The notes: generated by a model from the letters alone, not told the origin. A stretch of DNA of 64,000 nt from a virus (IMGVR_UViG_3300028591_000179:1-64000), one strand, 5' to 3'; positions 8,753 through 19,750 are shown, counted from the first letter of the stretch. Made by a program: numbers and translations.

Positions 8753-10972
8753 ATGGTAGGATACCCTTGGACATTTACATTAACACCAACAACAATAAAT
8801 GAAATAACGGTAACAGATGGTACTAACACTGTCATTTTAAATAGAGAATCTGTTGGTAAAACTGATACTGGTTTTGCAACAAATTCGTTTGTTGAAAGTC
8901 AATATGTAACTATTTCTGCTGTTGGTTATGAAAATCTCCAGAATGTTGCTGTTGGTACATCAAGTGTTACTATGGTAGCTATGCCATCAAAAGACATTTC
9001 ACAATTATCTGATGGTACTAATACATATATTATTAAAGATGCTACAGCAAGAGAAGGATTAAGTAGTAAGCAGGATACATTAACTGTTGGCACCGGAATT
9101 GATATTACAAACAATACAATAAGCGTTACTAATCCGGTGTTAGTAAATTCAACAACTCAGACAAATAGTGTTGGAATAGATGGAACTATAACTGGAATTA
9201 AAAGTGTTGCGATTGGTTATGGTGCTTCTTCTATCAGAGAGTCTGTATCTATTGGATATAATGCAAAAGGTGGTTCATATTCTATTAGTATAGGATCTGA
9301 GACAGATTGTACAAATGCAAATTCTGCTAGTAAAAGAATGGCTATAGGATTTAATGTCAAAAGTAACGCTAAAAATGCTATACAATTAGGATTTAGTCCA
9401 ACAGATACTTTAGCTGGAGCTACAAATTCTGATGCTAATACTGTAAAAATAGCTAATTCTAATGGTAACTTTGAAATTATGTCTGCTGATGGTACTATTC
9501 CTGTGGCTCGTTATAATGTAATGACTGGAGCAGATGGCATAAATGCTGGTACTTTAGGTGCTGTGCCAGCCCCCAGTGCTACAGATAATACCAAATTTTT
9601 ACGAGGTGATGGTACTTGGGCAGTGGCAGGATCTGATGAAAATTCATTTTTTCCAGAAGAATGGGGTAATATTAGTTATATAAATCAAACTGTTAAACCA
9701 AGTTCAGATAATACTCGTTATTATGATTATGCTTGGAGTATTAGATTTACAAATGGGTATACATTACCTGTAATTATTAATAGATATACTATGTTACCAG
9801 AATGGGATTTAAGTGCTGTAGAATTAACTGATGTTACTAATTATAATAGTGCTTGGGCAGTAAGTGGTGTAGTATATAATATGTATGCTTATGATCATCC
9901 TCAATATATGAAATGGACTAGAGATGGTAGAGATTATGTAACAAGAAATTATAGTATTGCAAAAAGTAATAATTGGGATGAAGGACATTTAGTAAATGAA
10001 CATACAAGCGTAACTACTTCAAGATTTACATTTACAATAACGGGTAATACATTTGAAGCTCTAGATACATATACTAATAAAAATTATAAATTATCAGAAG
10101 ATCCAATACTTCAAGCTGTTAATTATTTTAATACTTATTTATTAAATTGTTATTCTTCTAATCAAGTGGTTCATTCAATTATAAAATTTATGCAACGTAT
10201 AGTATTAGAAGGTTCAACACCATATTTATTAATTGAAAATAATAGTCTTACAAAGGGTACAAAACCAAAAGCATCACAAAGTACAACTATACGTTTTTTA
10301 GATGGTGGTGGTGGAATGAATACTTCTTCAAATGGACTTGGTGAAATTGTTGAAACTATAAATACATCAAATGATGTATTATTATCTATTACAGCATATC
10401 CAAATACAGCTAATGCAACGACACCTGAATGTGGTATAGTTATTTTTAATCCTGTATCTACATCTAGTAGTTCTAGAAGTATTTATCCATCAAGTAATAA
10501 TGCTATTGAATTAGGTTCAAGTTCACGTTTATGGAAACAATTATTTGCTGGAACAACTACAATATCTACTTCAGATGAAAGATTAAAACAACAAATTACA
10601 GAAATACCAGAAAAAGTATTAAAAGCTTGGAGTGAAGTTAATTTTTATCAATATAAATTTAATGATTCTGTAGAAGAAAAAGGTAATAAAGCAAGATTTC
10701 ATACTGGTGTAATAGCTCAAAGAATTAAAGCTACTTTTGAAAAATATAATTTAAATGCTTTTGATTATGGATTGCTATGTTATGATGAATGGGATGCTGA
10801 AGATCCAATTTATGATGAAGACGGTAATATAAGTGTTCCTGGCCAAGAAGCAGGTAATAGATATAGTATTCGTTATGAAGAATGTTTGTGTGTAGAAGCT
10901 GCTTATCAAAGATATAGAGCAGATAAATTAGAAGAAAGATTAAATATTTTAGAAAATAAACTAGGATTATAA
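8753..10972 (+). CDS. Tail fibre with YadA-like head repeats and C-terminal S74 intramolecular chaperone
   Basis: 'SVAIGYGA/SVSIGYNA' repeats, FLRGDGTW, 'SDERLK...GVIAQ...YSIRYEE' chaperone. Confidence 0.88.
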   Translation: MVGYPWTFTLTPTTINEITVTDGTNTVILNRESVGKTDTGFATNSFVESQYVTISAVGYENLQNVAVGTSSVTMVAMPSKDISQLSDGTNTYIIKDATAREGLSSKQDTLTVGTGIDITNNTISVTNPVLVNSTTQTNSVGIDGTITGIKSVAIGYGASSIRESVSIGYNAKGGSYSISIGSETDCTNANSASKRMAIGFNVKSNAKNAIQLGFSPTDTLAGATNSDANTVKIANSNGNFEIMSADGTIPVARYNVMTGADGINAGTLGAVPAPSATDNTKFLRGDGTWAVAGSDENSFFPEEWGNISYINQTVKPSSDNTRYYDYAWSIRFTNGYTLPVIINRYTMLPEWDLSAVELTDVTNYNSAWAVSGVVYNMYAYDHPQYMKWTRDGRDYVTRNYSIAKSNNWDEGHLVNEHTSVTTSRFTFTITGNTFEALDTYTNKNYKLSEDPILQAVNYFNTYLLNCYSSNQVVHSIIKFMQRIVLEGSTPYLLIENNSLTKGTKPKASQSTTIRFLDGGGGMNTSSNGLGEIVETINTSNDVLLSITAYPNTANATTPECGIVIFNPVSTSSSSRSIYPSSNNAIELGSSSRLWKQLFAGTTTISTSDERLKQQITEIPEKVLKAWSEVNFYQYKFNDSVEEKGNKARFHTGVIAQRIKATFEKYNLNAFDYGLLCYDEWDAEDPIYDEDGNISVPGQEAGNRYSIRYEECLCVEAAYQRYRADKLEERLNILENKLGL

Positions 10973-12441
10973 TGACAATAATTTCTGAATTAAATACTTT
11001 GCAAAATAATCTCTCTAATGCTTATGATGCAATAGAAGAAAAAGGTGGCATTTTACCTACTAATAAAAATATGAATAATTTAGCAGATAGTATTGCAAAT
11101 ATTCCAGAAGCCAATTATACTTTGATGGGTAATGAATTAAGAAGAGCTTATTGCTGGTCAAAAACTGAAAATTTAAATGGTATGTGTCAATTATATGATG
11201 TTGAATATAAAAAATTTTCAAATTCTTTTCAAGCTACAAATATTAATATTTATGAGTTTGGATCATATACACACAGAAGAGATAATGCTAGTTATTATTA
11301 TTACGCTATAATAGATGGAAAATTATACACTATTACTACAAGTTCTTCTGAAATTACTATGACACAGCAAGGTTCTGGAACTGGATGGGAAGATGTATTA
11401 AGTAACACAAAATTTGTTAGAAACGGTTATATTTATAATTCTTATGCCAACGCTAATAATGAAACTTCACCTCTTATGGCTGCTATTAATCCAAAAAGAA
11501 ATTTAGCAAATCGTGATAATCTTGGTTATTTTATAAATGATGGAAAATTATATAATACATCTGGAAGTAGAATTTTATCCAATGTTTCAGACATATCTTT
11601 AGTATACGTAGATTATTTAACAAGTTCACAATTATTATATATAAATTCGAGCGGTAATATATATAAAGCATCTCCATCAGATTCTTCTGGAAAATTAATA
11701 TCAAATCATATTATAACAGATCTTAGACCATTTGGTTTTAGTACATATGCAATTGCTTTTATTTATAATAAAACAAATGTTTTAATTTGGAATAGCTATC
11801 TTGGTTCACTTGCAGCTACTTTTACATTTGATACAGATGTTAAAGCAATAAAAATGTCTAATAATAATGCAAATCCATTAATTCTATTAAAAAATGGTGA
11901 TTTGTATAGTATTTATAATCAGGTTAAAACATTAGTTTTACAAAATATTAAATGTTTTTTAACAAATGATTTTGCTCATGACTCTGCCGTTCATGCACGT
12001 GTATTTTTAGCGTTGTCAAATGATAATAAAATATATAAAATAACACGAGATACGTATTCATCATCGTGTACTTATGAAATAATAAATACTTTTGAATCTA
12101 ATGTAAGAGTAATTTCTGATGAAAATGCTGATGGTAATGTATACATTGCTTGTTTAAAATATACCGGTGATGAATATATAAAGGAAAAGATGTTTACTAC
12201 AAAATATATAAATGAAGTAACAACTGCTTATACAACTAATTCATATCAAGATTTAATTAGTTATCTGGTAACTACAAAAAATATATCTGAAATTACTGTC
12301 AATAACAAAACATATAGTAGAGATGGCTCTAATGATTTAGTATTTGATTTTATACCTGAAGATCTAGAAAATCATATATTTACAGATACTGATTTGTTAC
12401 AGTCATATTTAAATGCAGGTATTATACAAGGAAATGGATAA
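10972..12441 (+). CDS. Putative fibre-associated structural protein, beta-propeller-like body
   Basis: N-terminal 'AYDAIEEKGG...NLADSIANI' coil seen in phage fibre proteins; repeated 'Y.I.DGKLY' strands. Confidence 0.5.
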   Translation: MTIISELNTLQNNLSNAYDAIEEKGGILPTNKNMNNLADSIANIPEANYTLMGNELRRAYCWSKTENLNGMCQLYDVEYKKFSNSFQATNINIYEFGSYTHRRDNASYYYYAIIDGKLYTITTSSSEITMTQQGSGTGWEDVLSNTKFVRNGYIYNSYANANNETSPLMAAINPKRNLANRDNLGYFINDGKLYNTSGSRILSNVSDISLVYVDYLTSSQLLYINSSGNIYKASPSDSSGKLISNHIITDLRPFGFSTYAIAFIYNKTNVLIWNSYLGSLAATFTFDTDVKAIKMSNNNANPLILLKNGDLYSIYNQVKTLVLQNIKCFLTNDFAHDSAVHARVFLALSNDNKIYKITRDTYSSSCTYEIINTFESNVRVISDENADGNVYIACLKYTGDEYIKEKMFTTKYINEVTTAYTTNSYQDLISYLVTTKNISEITVNNKTYSRDGSNDLVFDFIPEDLENHIFTDTDLLQSYLNAGIIQGNG

Positions 12442-12761
12442 TGAGATTACAACAAGTATTAGATGAAGCTATAGAATTATTACAGCATCCAGAATTTAAA
12501 AGTTATGGAGCATTACAAAAAGCTCGTTATCAACATAGCAAATCTGAGGAAGAATTATTTTTACGTAGTAATATGTATAAAGGATCAATAGGTAATTCAG
12601 AGGCTACTAAAAAAGGACATATTACCAGAAAAAAGAATCCAAATTATAAAGAAGATATAAAAAAAGCCGCTCAAACTCGCTCAAACTGGTATAAAGATCC
12701 TGAAAATCTTAAAAAGTTTAAAGAAAGATTAAAACGGCGTAAAAAATCTAGCGATCAATAA
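12441..12761 (+). CDS. Small basic hypothetical protein
   Basis: Translationally coupled last gene of the operon; K/R-rich. Confidence 0.6.
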   Translation: MRLQQVLDEAIELLQHPEFKSYGALQKARYQHSKSEEELFLRSNMYKGSIGNSEATKKGHITRKKNPNYKEDIKKAAQTRSNWYKDPENLKKFKERLKRRKKSSDQ

Positions 12762-13155
12762 CTTTTAATTTATTCATATAATCAATAAGATTAAAAATAT
12801 TATCTTTATCTTCTAATGATAATGATTGATTTTTTGCTTTAATTTTTTTAAGGTAAGGTTCCATTTTTTGATCATAGAATTTTTTTCTCATGCTTAAATG
12901 TGCCTTTTTTGCCTCAATTATATCATCAAAGTAATAAGAATGTTTAAAACAAGAAGATTCTTCATTTTTTCTAATTGTAACATTAAAATAATATCGAACA
13001 GGTCTTGCTAACACGATATTAACATTTGATGTTTTTGGTAATTCTGGATTGTAATGTGATTTTCCTATAGTACTCAATTCTAAGATATTATTTTTTATTT
13101 CAGGATGAGTATTAAAGTGTTCTTGATATTGTTTATAACCGATTGAAGTTGACAT
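12748..13155 (-). CDS. Hypothetical protein
   Basis: GGAG SD; tiles the minus-strand operon. Confidence 0.6.
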   Translation of the reverse strand: MSTSIGYKQYQEHFNTHPEIKNNILELSTIGKSHYNPELPKTSNVNIVLARPVRYYFNVTIRKNEESSCFKHSYYFDDIIEAKKAHLSMRKKFYDQKMEPYLKKIKAKNQSLSLEDKDNIFNLIDYMNKLKVIDR

Positions 13156-13183
13156 AATTATTTACTCCTCTATTATGGTTTTA

Positions 13184-13582
13184 TCAATCTTCTTTTATAT
13201 CCTTTCCATATATTTTTATGTCATTTGGTTCAAAACGTTTTATAACATTCATAATTGACCAATGATCAAACAATGGATTTTGTGCTGCTAATTTATTAAG
13301 TTCTTCTTGATGTTTATTAATAAATTGCTGTGCATCTTTTTTAGATTCAAAACATAAACCAGAGTATAATTGTTTTCTTCCCTCTATATAACTTTTATCA
13401 TTTTTACGGCTAATTGCAGTATCCCAAGGTTTCCATTTAGACTCACCATTTTTAATTGTTACTTTTTTAGTATTTGCACAATATTCAATAAAACCTTCAC
13501 GGGGTGCTAAATTTCGTTTAAACTTGGTTTCTCTATTGCCACAACGATTCCAAGTGTTCATACGTATTTTAACTAAACTCAT
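13184..13582 (-). CDS. Hypothetical protein
   Basis: GGAG SD; 132 aa. Confidence 0.6.
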   Translation of the reverse strand: MSLVKIRMNTWNRCGNRETKFKRNLAPREGFIEYCANTKKVTIKNGESKWKPWDTAISRKNDKSYIEGRKQLYSGLCFESKKDAQQFINKHQEELNKLAAQNPLFDHWSIMNVIKRFEPNDIKIYGKDIKED

Positions 13583-13717
13583 TTGATTAAAATCTCCATA
13601 TAAAACATAATTAACAAACTAAACAATTGTTATAATATCAATGTAATTATGAAAATAAAACCAAATTCATACTTTCATTAACGTAAATTTACCAAATAGT
13701 AAATACTAGTGACTAAA

Positions 13718-14356
13718 TTATTGTTTTTTAATAATAATTTTTACATTACCAGCGTTTACAGTTACACCATCTGCTTCAGGTATAAGTCCAAATTGAATTG
13801 GCTTATTATCTTCTTGTACTTTATTTATATTGGTTTTAAAAGTATGTGATAAAAGTGCTTTTAATTCATATTTATTCAAATCCCAACCCCAAGTACCAGA
13901 AATTATAGAATAAATTAATTCATTAGTTTCTTTATTTATTCTATATTTTATTAAAAGATTTTGAGGCTTTTCTTCACTATTAATTTCTGGATTTTTTGTA
14001 AACTGAATTTGATTGGTAAAATCTGTATATAAATACCAATCAATATTTAAATCATTTAATAATCCTTCAAACAAATCTTTATTTATACGTTTGTGAATAT
14101 CTTTTTGATAAAATAACAACTGTAAATACTTAGCTAAAGAAAAAATAGTTTTCATATTATCTCTATAAGTTTTTTGTACTTGTAATTCATTTTTTTCTAA
14201 AAACGAATCTATTAATGATTGAGATATTTCTTCAAATACTGGTAAATTTTTTATTTTTTCATCATTTGAAATTTCAAATAAATCTTGTTTTACCTCATCT
14301 ATAATTTTCTTTAATTCATTATCAATAAATTGTTCATATGATTCTAAACTATCCAT
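13718..14356 (-). CDS. Hypothetical protein
   Basis: AAGGA SD; 212 aa. Confidence 0.65.
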   Translation of the reverse strand: MDSLESYEQFIDNELKKIIDEVKQDLFEISNDEKIKNLPVFEEISQSLIDSFLEKNELQVQKTYRDNMKTIFSLAKYLQLLFYQKDIHKRINKDLFEGLLNDLNIDWYLYTDFTNQIQFTKNPEINSEEKPQNLLIKYRINKETNELIYSIISGTWGWDLNKYELKALLSHTFKTNINKVQEDNKPIQFGLIPEADGVTVNAGNVKIIIKKQ

Positions 14357-14361
14357 TTTAA

Positions 14362-14556
14362 TTATTCCTTATTATTTGTAAAATTAACATTTGTAGTAAT
14401 AGAATCAGAATTTGATAAAGTTATAGCTGTTTTTATAATATCATCTTCAGATACTGAATAATCAAATACAGATTTTAATAAAACATTATTATCAGCTGTT
14501 TTATCTTTAATTTCAAGTATCCATGAGCCATCAATTTTATAAAAATTAAAATCCAT
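14362..14556 (-). CDS. Hypothetical protein
   Basis: GGAGG SD; 64 aa. Confidence 0.6.
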   Translation of the reverse strand: MDFNFYKIDGSWILEIKDKTADNNVLLKSVFDYSVSEDDIIKTAITLSNSDSITTNVNFTNNKE

Positions 14557-14589
14557 TTTATCCTCCTATAAATTATAATTTATAGAAGT

Positions 14590-15582
14590 CTAAAGATTAT
14601 CCGTTTCTATAAATAAATTTGGATTAAATTTCCATTCTTTAGTAAATGGTTCATTATAAGGTATATATCCGCATGGATTTAAAATATACTTTACTTTTCG
14701 TTTACCAAATTCAAAAGAATTTCTATTATGTACATGACCTGAAATTATTAATTTAATTCCAGGTAATTTACTATCAATCCAATTTTCAAGATTTGAGGTA
14801 TAACTAGCATTTAATAATCCTTTTTTATATTTTGGATCTATACATTTTGGAGACAAACAGTGATGTGTCATAAGTATAATTTTAGCATTTGGATTTATTT
14901 GTAAAATTTCATCATGACATCTTTTTACTTCTTTTTTAGCCAATTTATGAAGCTCTAAATAATATTCAGGTGTTAATGATTTATAAGTATTTTCATTTCC
15001 CCATTTAAAATCATTTAACCTTGATCTAGCTTCTGACATTGTTTCTATTTGTATTGCTTTAGTATTTAGTTTTTCATATGGTTTAAAATCACTGGCTAAA
15101 CCATATAATTCGCTCCAAATATGCCACGCATAAGCTTTTTTGTTTAATTCTTCTAAAGTAAGATCACAATATTTATAATCAGTATAAAAAGTACTACCTA
15201 TAATTGCTACATTTGGATAATCAATCCACATCCAATCATTTTCTAAATAATGCCAAAACATATGTTCTTTAGGAAATTCTTCTTTGAGTTTATGTTTTAA
15301 ATCTAAAAGTATAGGCTTAGTATAATTTTCATCTGTAAAATATACTATATGATTACCATCAATAAATATTACCTTTTGATCTTTAAAAAATGATTCTAAA
15401 AATTCTTTGTGCTTTTCAACTCCTTCACAAATATCTCCAGCAATAAGAGTAACATCAGCTTTTTCTTGAAATTTTTTACCAAAATAATGCCATAATCCAG
15501 ATTGTTTATATGTTTTATTCCAATCTGGACCATTTATTCCTTTAGTATAATGTAAATCTGATATTATTCTACACTTGACCAT
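14590..15582 (-). CDS. Calcineurin-like metallophosphoesterase
   Basis: Ordered motifs SDLH, AGD, GNH, THH, GHVH. Confidence 0.92.
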   Translation of the reverse strand: MVKCRIISDLHYTKGINGPDWNKTYKQSGLWHYFGKKFQEKADVTLIAGDICEGVEKHKEFLESFFKDQKVIFIDGNHIVYFTDENYTKPILLDLKHKLKEEFPKEHMFWHYLENDWMWIDYPNVAIIGSTFYTDYKYCDLTLEELNKKAYAWHIWSELYGLASDFKPYEKLNTKAIQIETMSEARSRLNDFKWGNENTYKSLTPEYYLELHKLAKKEVKRCHDEILQINPNAKIILMTHHCLSPKCIDPKYKKGLLNASYTSNLENWIDSKLPGIKLIISGHVHNRNSFEFGKRKVKYILNPCGYIPYNEPFTKEWKFNPNLFIETDNL

Positions 15583-16021
15583 CTTTATACTCGTAATATA
15601 ATAAATCTCTTATAGTTTTTAATTCATCTTTAGTTAATTCTTCTTGTTTTCCATAATTGAAACATAAATGCTCTAATTTTTGTAAAAGCAATCCATGTTT
15701 ATATTGTACTTCTTTTTTATAATTTAATATATGATTTATTCCATCATTATAACCATCATTATAAGTACCGTACTTATGAATTTCTCCATAAGCAGTATCT
15801 ATTTCATCTTCATTTATATCAACATCGGTTATGTATGCATCTAAATTAAAATTAATATCTTTTAATTTTTCTAAACTTTCTTTAATCTGATCTGCTTCAT
15901 TTTGTGTAATTATTTTATTTTCAACTTTCTTTTCTAAAGTTTTTAATATTCTATTACAATTTGTGACATCAAATTGTATTTCAACATCTTGATTAGAATT
16001 AACATTTATACTATGATACAT
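15569..16021 (-). CDS. Hypothetical protein
   Basis: Tiled ORF coupled to its neighbours. Confidence 0.6.
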   Translation of the reverse strand: MYHSINVNSNQDVEIQFDVTNCNRILKTLEKKVENKIITQNEADQIKESLEKLKDINFNLDAYITDVDINEDEIDTAYGEIHKYGTYNDGYNDGINHILNYKKEVQYKHGLLLQKLEHLCFNYGKQEELTKDELKTIRDLLYYEYKDGQV

Positions 16022-16210
16022 CTATTTCACTTTCTTATTTATTTTTCTTTGCATTGCCCGTTGAGTACGTCTTTCTTTTCTATTTAATTTTCTATATATT
16101 GGAGTATTACCTAAATCTTTGGCAGTCCAAGATCCATCTTCTTTAAAATCCATACCCAATAAATCATTTAAAGATTTTTCTTCTTTTTCATTTTTAGTTT
16201 CTTCAGTCAT
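16022..16210 (-). CDS. Hypothetical protein
   Basis: Tiled ORF; basic C-terminus. Confidence 0.6.
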   Translation of the reverse strand: MTEETKNEKEEKSLNDLLGMDFKEDGSWTAKDLGNTPIYRKLNRKERRTQRAMQRKINKKVK

Positions 16211-16623
16211 TACAGCATATCCTTTGTAACATTAATAAAATTTTTATTATTTGGTAAAATAATCAATACTTGATCATTTTCTAAATCATTATTTATTTTT
16301 GGTGCCCATTGTAAAGCATCCATTGCGGCCATTGATTCTAATATATTTGTTTTATACATTCTAGACCATTTATTTTTAGTTTTTTTTAGATTATCTTTTA
16401 TTAAAGAATCTAGTTTTAAAATAGTATTATAATTAGCTTGTATATTAGCATAATGATATTTTTTAAATTCATTTTTTTCTATCATTTTTTCAATATCATT
16501 CATTATTCCTACATTTTTATATAAATCATAATAACATAAAATTTTCTTATTTTTATATATTTTATCATTTATATTATATATATTAGTTGTTTTTTTAAAA
16601 AAATTTTTAATAAAATTAAACAT
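16210..16623 (-). CDS. Hypothetical protein
   Basis: Tiled ORF. Confidence 0.6.
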   Translation of the reverse strand: MFNFIKNFFKKTTNIYNINDKIYKNKKILCYYDLYKNVGIMNDIEKMIEKNEFKKYHYANIQANYNTILKLDSLIKDNLKKTKNKWSRMYKTNILESMAAMDALQWAPKINNDLENDQVLIILPNNKNFINVTKDML

Positions 16624-16633
16624 TCACTTATCC

Positions 16634-16993
16634 TTATACTTTACATAGTTTATCTAATTTATCATCTTTTGTATAACATTTAAAACTATATACAACATCA
16701 TTAGTTAACTTAATTGTGCTTTGTAATAATTCTGGAAACGAATCTATACAAATAGCATATCTATGATCTAAATAATCAGAAATATCTGCTAATTTTAAAG
16801 ATTTACAAAAAATATCAACATTTGTTATACTTTTAATATAATCTAGAAAATCACGGTCACATAAATAAATATATGATTGTTTTGGAAAAGAATAATTAGT
16901 ATTAACTATTGAAAAAAATTTAACATTAATTAAATCTTTTCTTCTTCCATATTTATTATAAATATCTAATTTTGTTTTATCACACAAAAACAT
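16634..16993 (-). CDS. Hypothetical protein
   Basis: Tiled ORF directly after the RNA ligase. Confidence 0.6.
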   Translation of the reverse strand: MFLCDKTKLDIYNKYGRRKDLINVKFFSIVNTNYSFPKQSYIYLCDRDFLDYIKSITNVDIFCKSLKLADISDYLDHRYAICIDSFPELLQSTIKLTNDVVYSFKCYTKDDKLDKLCKV

Positions 16994-18220
16994 TTATTTA
17001 TTCCGCTCTTTTTCTAAAAATTCAATTAAATTTTCATATTTAATATTATCAATATACCTATCATAATTCGGTTTTTCTTTAATACCTTCAAATACAGCAA
17101 AATAAGTATTAGGATATTCTTGATTTACTTCTTTTGCAAATATTTGTTTAGCAATTTTTTCAGATTTTACAGACTCTAAAATAGTTTTATATTTTTCTTT
17201 ACCTATTTTACCATACTTTTCTAATATATTTTTATATTCAATTAAATTTGCTTGTATCTTTATTATTCGCTTATTTAATTCTGGAAAAATTTGTAAAGCA
17301 TCATCTATAGTTCCATCTCTCATACCATTTAAAATTTTTGCATCAGTAGTATCAAACATATTACGATAACCTTTTAATCGTATATAATCAACACATTTAA
17401 TTTTGACACGATTAAAATATTTATCTACAACAACTACACCTTCATCCTTATCACCTTGATAACTATTACACAATTTTAGTACTTCATCAATATTATGTAA
17501 ATCAAAATATTTTACAGTATTAAAATTATTTATAACTGGAATTAAAGATTTTGCAGTATTTAAATCATACTCATTTTGACTAGATAAATTACGACAGCCT
17601 AAATATATCAGATCTGTTTTTGGATTATCAACTAATATTCTTAATTTAGGAGATATTAATTCAAACATATAAGTACAATTATAAATAAAGTCATCCATAT
17701 TAACTTTATTTTTATTTAAGCAATAATCAATTAAATCTTGAATAGTTACACAGTCTTTTGTTTCAATCTCATCATATTTAGAAGGTATTTTAATTATTTC
17801 AGATGCCTCTAAATTTGTATTCCATCCATTATTAGTTACCCAAAACCATTTATTATCATAATAAAATAGTTTAATCAAAATACCATCTACTTTCTGCTCA
17901 ACTAAAGCAGATTTCCAATCTATTTCTGGACAAAATTCTTGACCCATGTTACCAAATTTTGTAAATGGAGCACAAACCATATATGGATTATTAGGATCCT
18001 TTATAGAAACAATACAACCTCTACAAAGTCTTACATATTCATCATTAAAATCACTAAATAAACCGTCATATGATAGCATATATAATTCTGGATATAATAA
18101 ATTATTATCCTTATCTTTAAAAGGACATTGCTTAATCTTAATTAATCTTGGAGCTTCTTCTAAAAAAGCTTTCCAATTTGAATTTGTTTTAATAAGATCT
18201 AAAAGTATATCATATATCAT
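16994..18220 (-). CDS. RNA ligase, T4 Rnl1-like
   Basis: 'PFTKFGN', adenylation motif EQKVDG, FELISP, EGVVV, RVKIK. Confidence 0.9.
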   Translation of the reverse strand: MIYDILLDLIKTNSNWKAFLEEAPRLIKIKQCPFKDKDNNLLYPELYMLSYDGLFSDFNDEYVRLCRGCIVSIKDPNNPYMVCAPFTKFGNMGQEFCPEIDWKSALVEQKVDGILIKLFYYDNKWFWVTNNGWNTNLEASEIIKIPSKYDEIETKDCVTIQDLIDYCLNKNKVNMDDFIYNCTYMFELISPKLRILVDNPKTDLIYLGCRNLSSQNEYDLNTAKSLIPVINNFNTVKYFDLHNIDEVLKLCNSYQGDKDEGVVVVDKYFNRVKIKCVDYIRLKGYRNMFDTTDAKILNGMRDGTIDDALQIFPELNKRIIKIQANLIEYKNILEKYGKIGKEKYKTILESVKSEKIAKQIFAKEVNQEYPNTYFAVFEGIKEKPNYDRYIDNIKYENLIEFLEKERNK

Positions 18221-18254
18221 TACTTTATTCTTTCATTTTTAACAAATATATAAG

Positions 18255-18761
18255 TTATTTATAATTTTGTAAAGCAAAATCTTTATAATTTACTATGTAA
18301 TTTTTTGTTTCACCTTGTATTCCATACCCTAATTGTCTATTCATTCTATCTATTACATTTTCTGGTACTAAACTAATTCCCATTCTAGCAGCATTTCTGG
18401 TTTTACAAACATCTATATTTACATCTTCAAAAGAAACAATAACTAAATTAACACCATATTGTTTACATAATTTATTATATCGATTTAAATATCTTTCTAA
18501 AGTATTAGTAGCATCAAAGACAGTATATTTATTTTTCTGTAATGATTCTTCTAATAACTTAAAAGCAATTTTCCAAATTTTATGTTCATTTAAAGGTTCA
18601 ACACTTCCTCTATACTTGGTTAAAGCTTTATGCATTTCTTGTCGACGTAATTCATCTGGAGAAATAACAATTAAGTTATCAACTCCAGTAAAAGTATTAA
18701 GAATAAAAGTAGATTTTCCAGCACCGGGTAATCCTCTCATTACAAATAAATATTTATTCAT
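18255..18761 (-). CDS. Polynucleotide 5'-kinase (P-loop, AAA_33-like), no HAD phosphatase domain
   Basis: MRGLPGAGKST, 'SPDELRR', 'VFDATN', 'CKTRNAAR', 'VPENVI.RM'. Confidence 0.85.
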   Translation of the reverse strand: MNKYLFVMRGLPGAGKSTFILNTFTGVDNLIVISPDELRRQEMHKALTKYRGSVEPLNEHKIWKIAFKLLEESLQKNKYTVFDATNTLERYLNRYNKLCKQYGVNLVIVSFEDVNIDVCKTRNAARMGISLVPENVIDRMNRQLGYGIQGETKNYIVNYKDFALQNYK

Positions 18762-19683
18762 TTACTACATCCTTTTTATATCCAAGATCTTCTGCATATT
18801 TTTTCATTTTAATTAAAATTTCTTCTTCTTCTCTTTTTTTAAATTTTTCTACTCTTTCATCTATTATATTTTTTAAAGGCTCTGGTAAATTATCAAAATC
18901 AAATTGCTCATTATTAATTCTTTTGCTAATTGCCCAATTTAATGATATATTTTTTAAATTTTTATATTTTTTACCTTTTAAAGTTTCCAAATCAATATTA
19001 TTATCATTTGCAGCCAAATATAATTTTATTAATGGAAAATAAACTCCATTACCAGATCTATTTTCTAATATTGCCAAAAATTCTTCTAAAGTTTTAGCTT
19101 TATATAAAGATGAAGAATCAATTAAAGTTTGATTTTTATCCCATCTTAAGGCAATTGCCTTTAAATCTTGATAACTTATAGTCTCAAGAATTTGTGGTTT
19201 AATTACATCTTTATTACATTCTAAATATTTTTTAATCAAAGTAATATAAGGGCCAGCCGTTCCAATATTATTTTTAATAAACTTATACCAATTCATTCCA
19301 TCATATTCACTAACACTTACTATTACTTTTTGAAGCTCTTCTTCTTGTTTTTCGGCTACTTGCTTATCATGTTCTTTTTTCCAAGCAAGCATTTTTTTAT
19401 TAATGTGTTTTAATTCTGATGGATCTAATTTTTTTTGAATAATATTAGAAATTATTTCATTTAACAAATATTTATTATTATTTGGCTTACCATTTTCATT
19501 ATGAAAATATTCATAACAACCGTCATAATAAGTATAATGATGTCTAATGTAATTAACTTTTGCAACAAAAGATAAAGAATTTTCATCATTAATTATATCA
19601 TTTATACTTCTAATTCCAATTGTTTTTATATAAGATTTAGATCTTTTTGCTAATTTTCTTTTTAATCCAAAATCTATTGACAT
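18754..19683 (-). CDS. Hypothetical protein with DUF2293-like motif and two helical repeats
   Basis: 'VNYIRHHYTYYD'; 'LIK.YL...L..I.L.W' occurs twice. Confidence 0.55.
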   Translation of the reverse strand: MSIDFGLKRKLAKRSKSYIKTIGIRSINDIINDENSLSFVAKVNYIRHHYTYYDGCYEYFHNENGKPNNNKYLLNEIISNIIQKKLDPSELKHINKKMLAWKKEHDKQVAEKQEEELQKVIVSVSEYDGMNWYKFIKNNIGTAGPYITLIKKYLECNKDVIKPQILETISYQDLKAIALRWDKNQTLIDSSSLYKAKTLEEFLAILENRSGNGVYFPLIKLYLAANDNNIDLETLKGKKYKNLKNISLNWAISKRINNEQFDFDNLPEPLKNIIDERVEKFKKREEEEILIKMKKYAEDLGYKKDVVNE

Positions 19684-19750
19684 TTTTTAATTCCTTTCAA
19701 TTATTCCTTTCTTAAAAAAACAAATAAGAATCATTTCTTATTATATTTAT

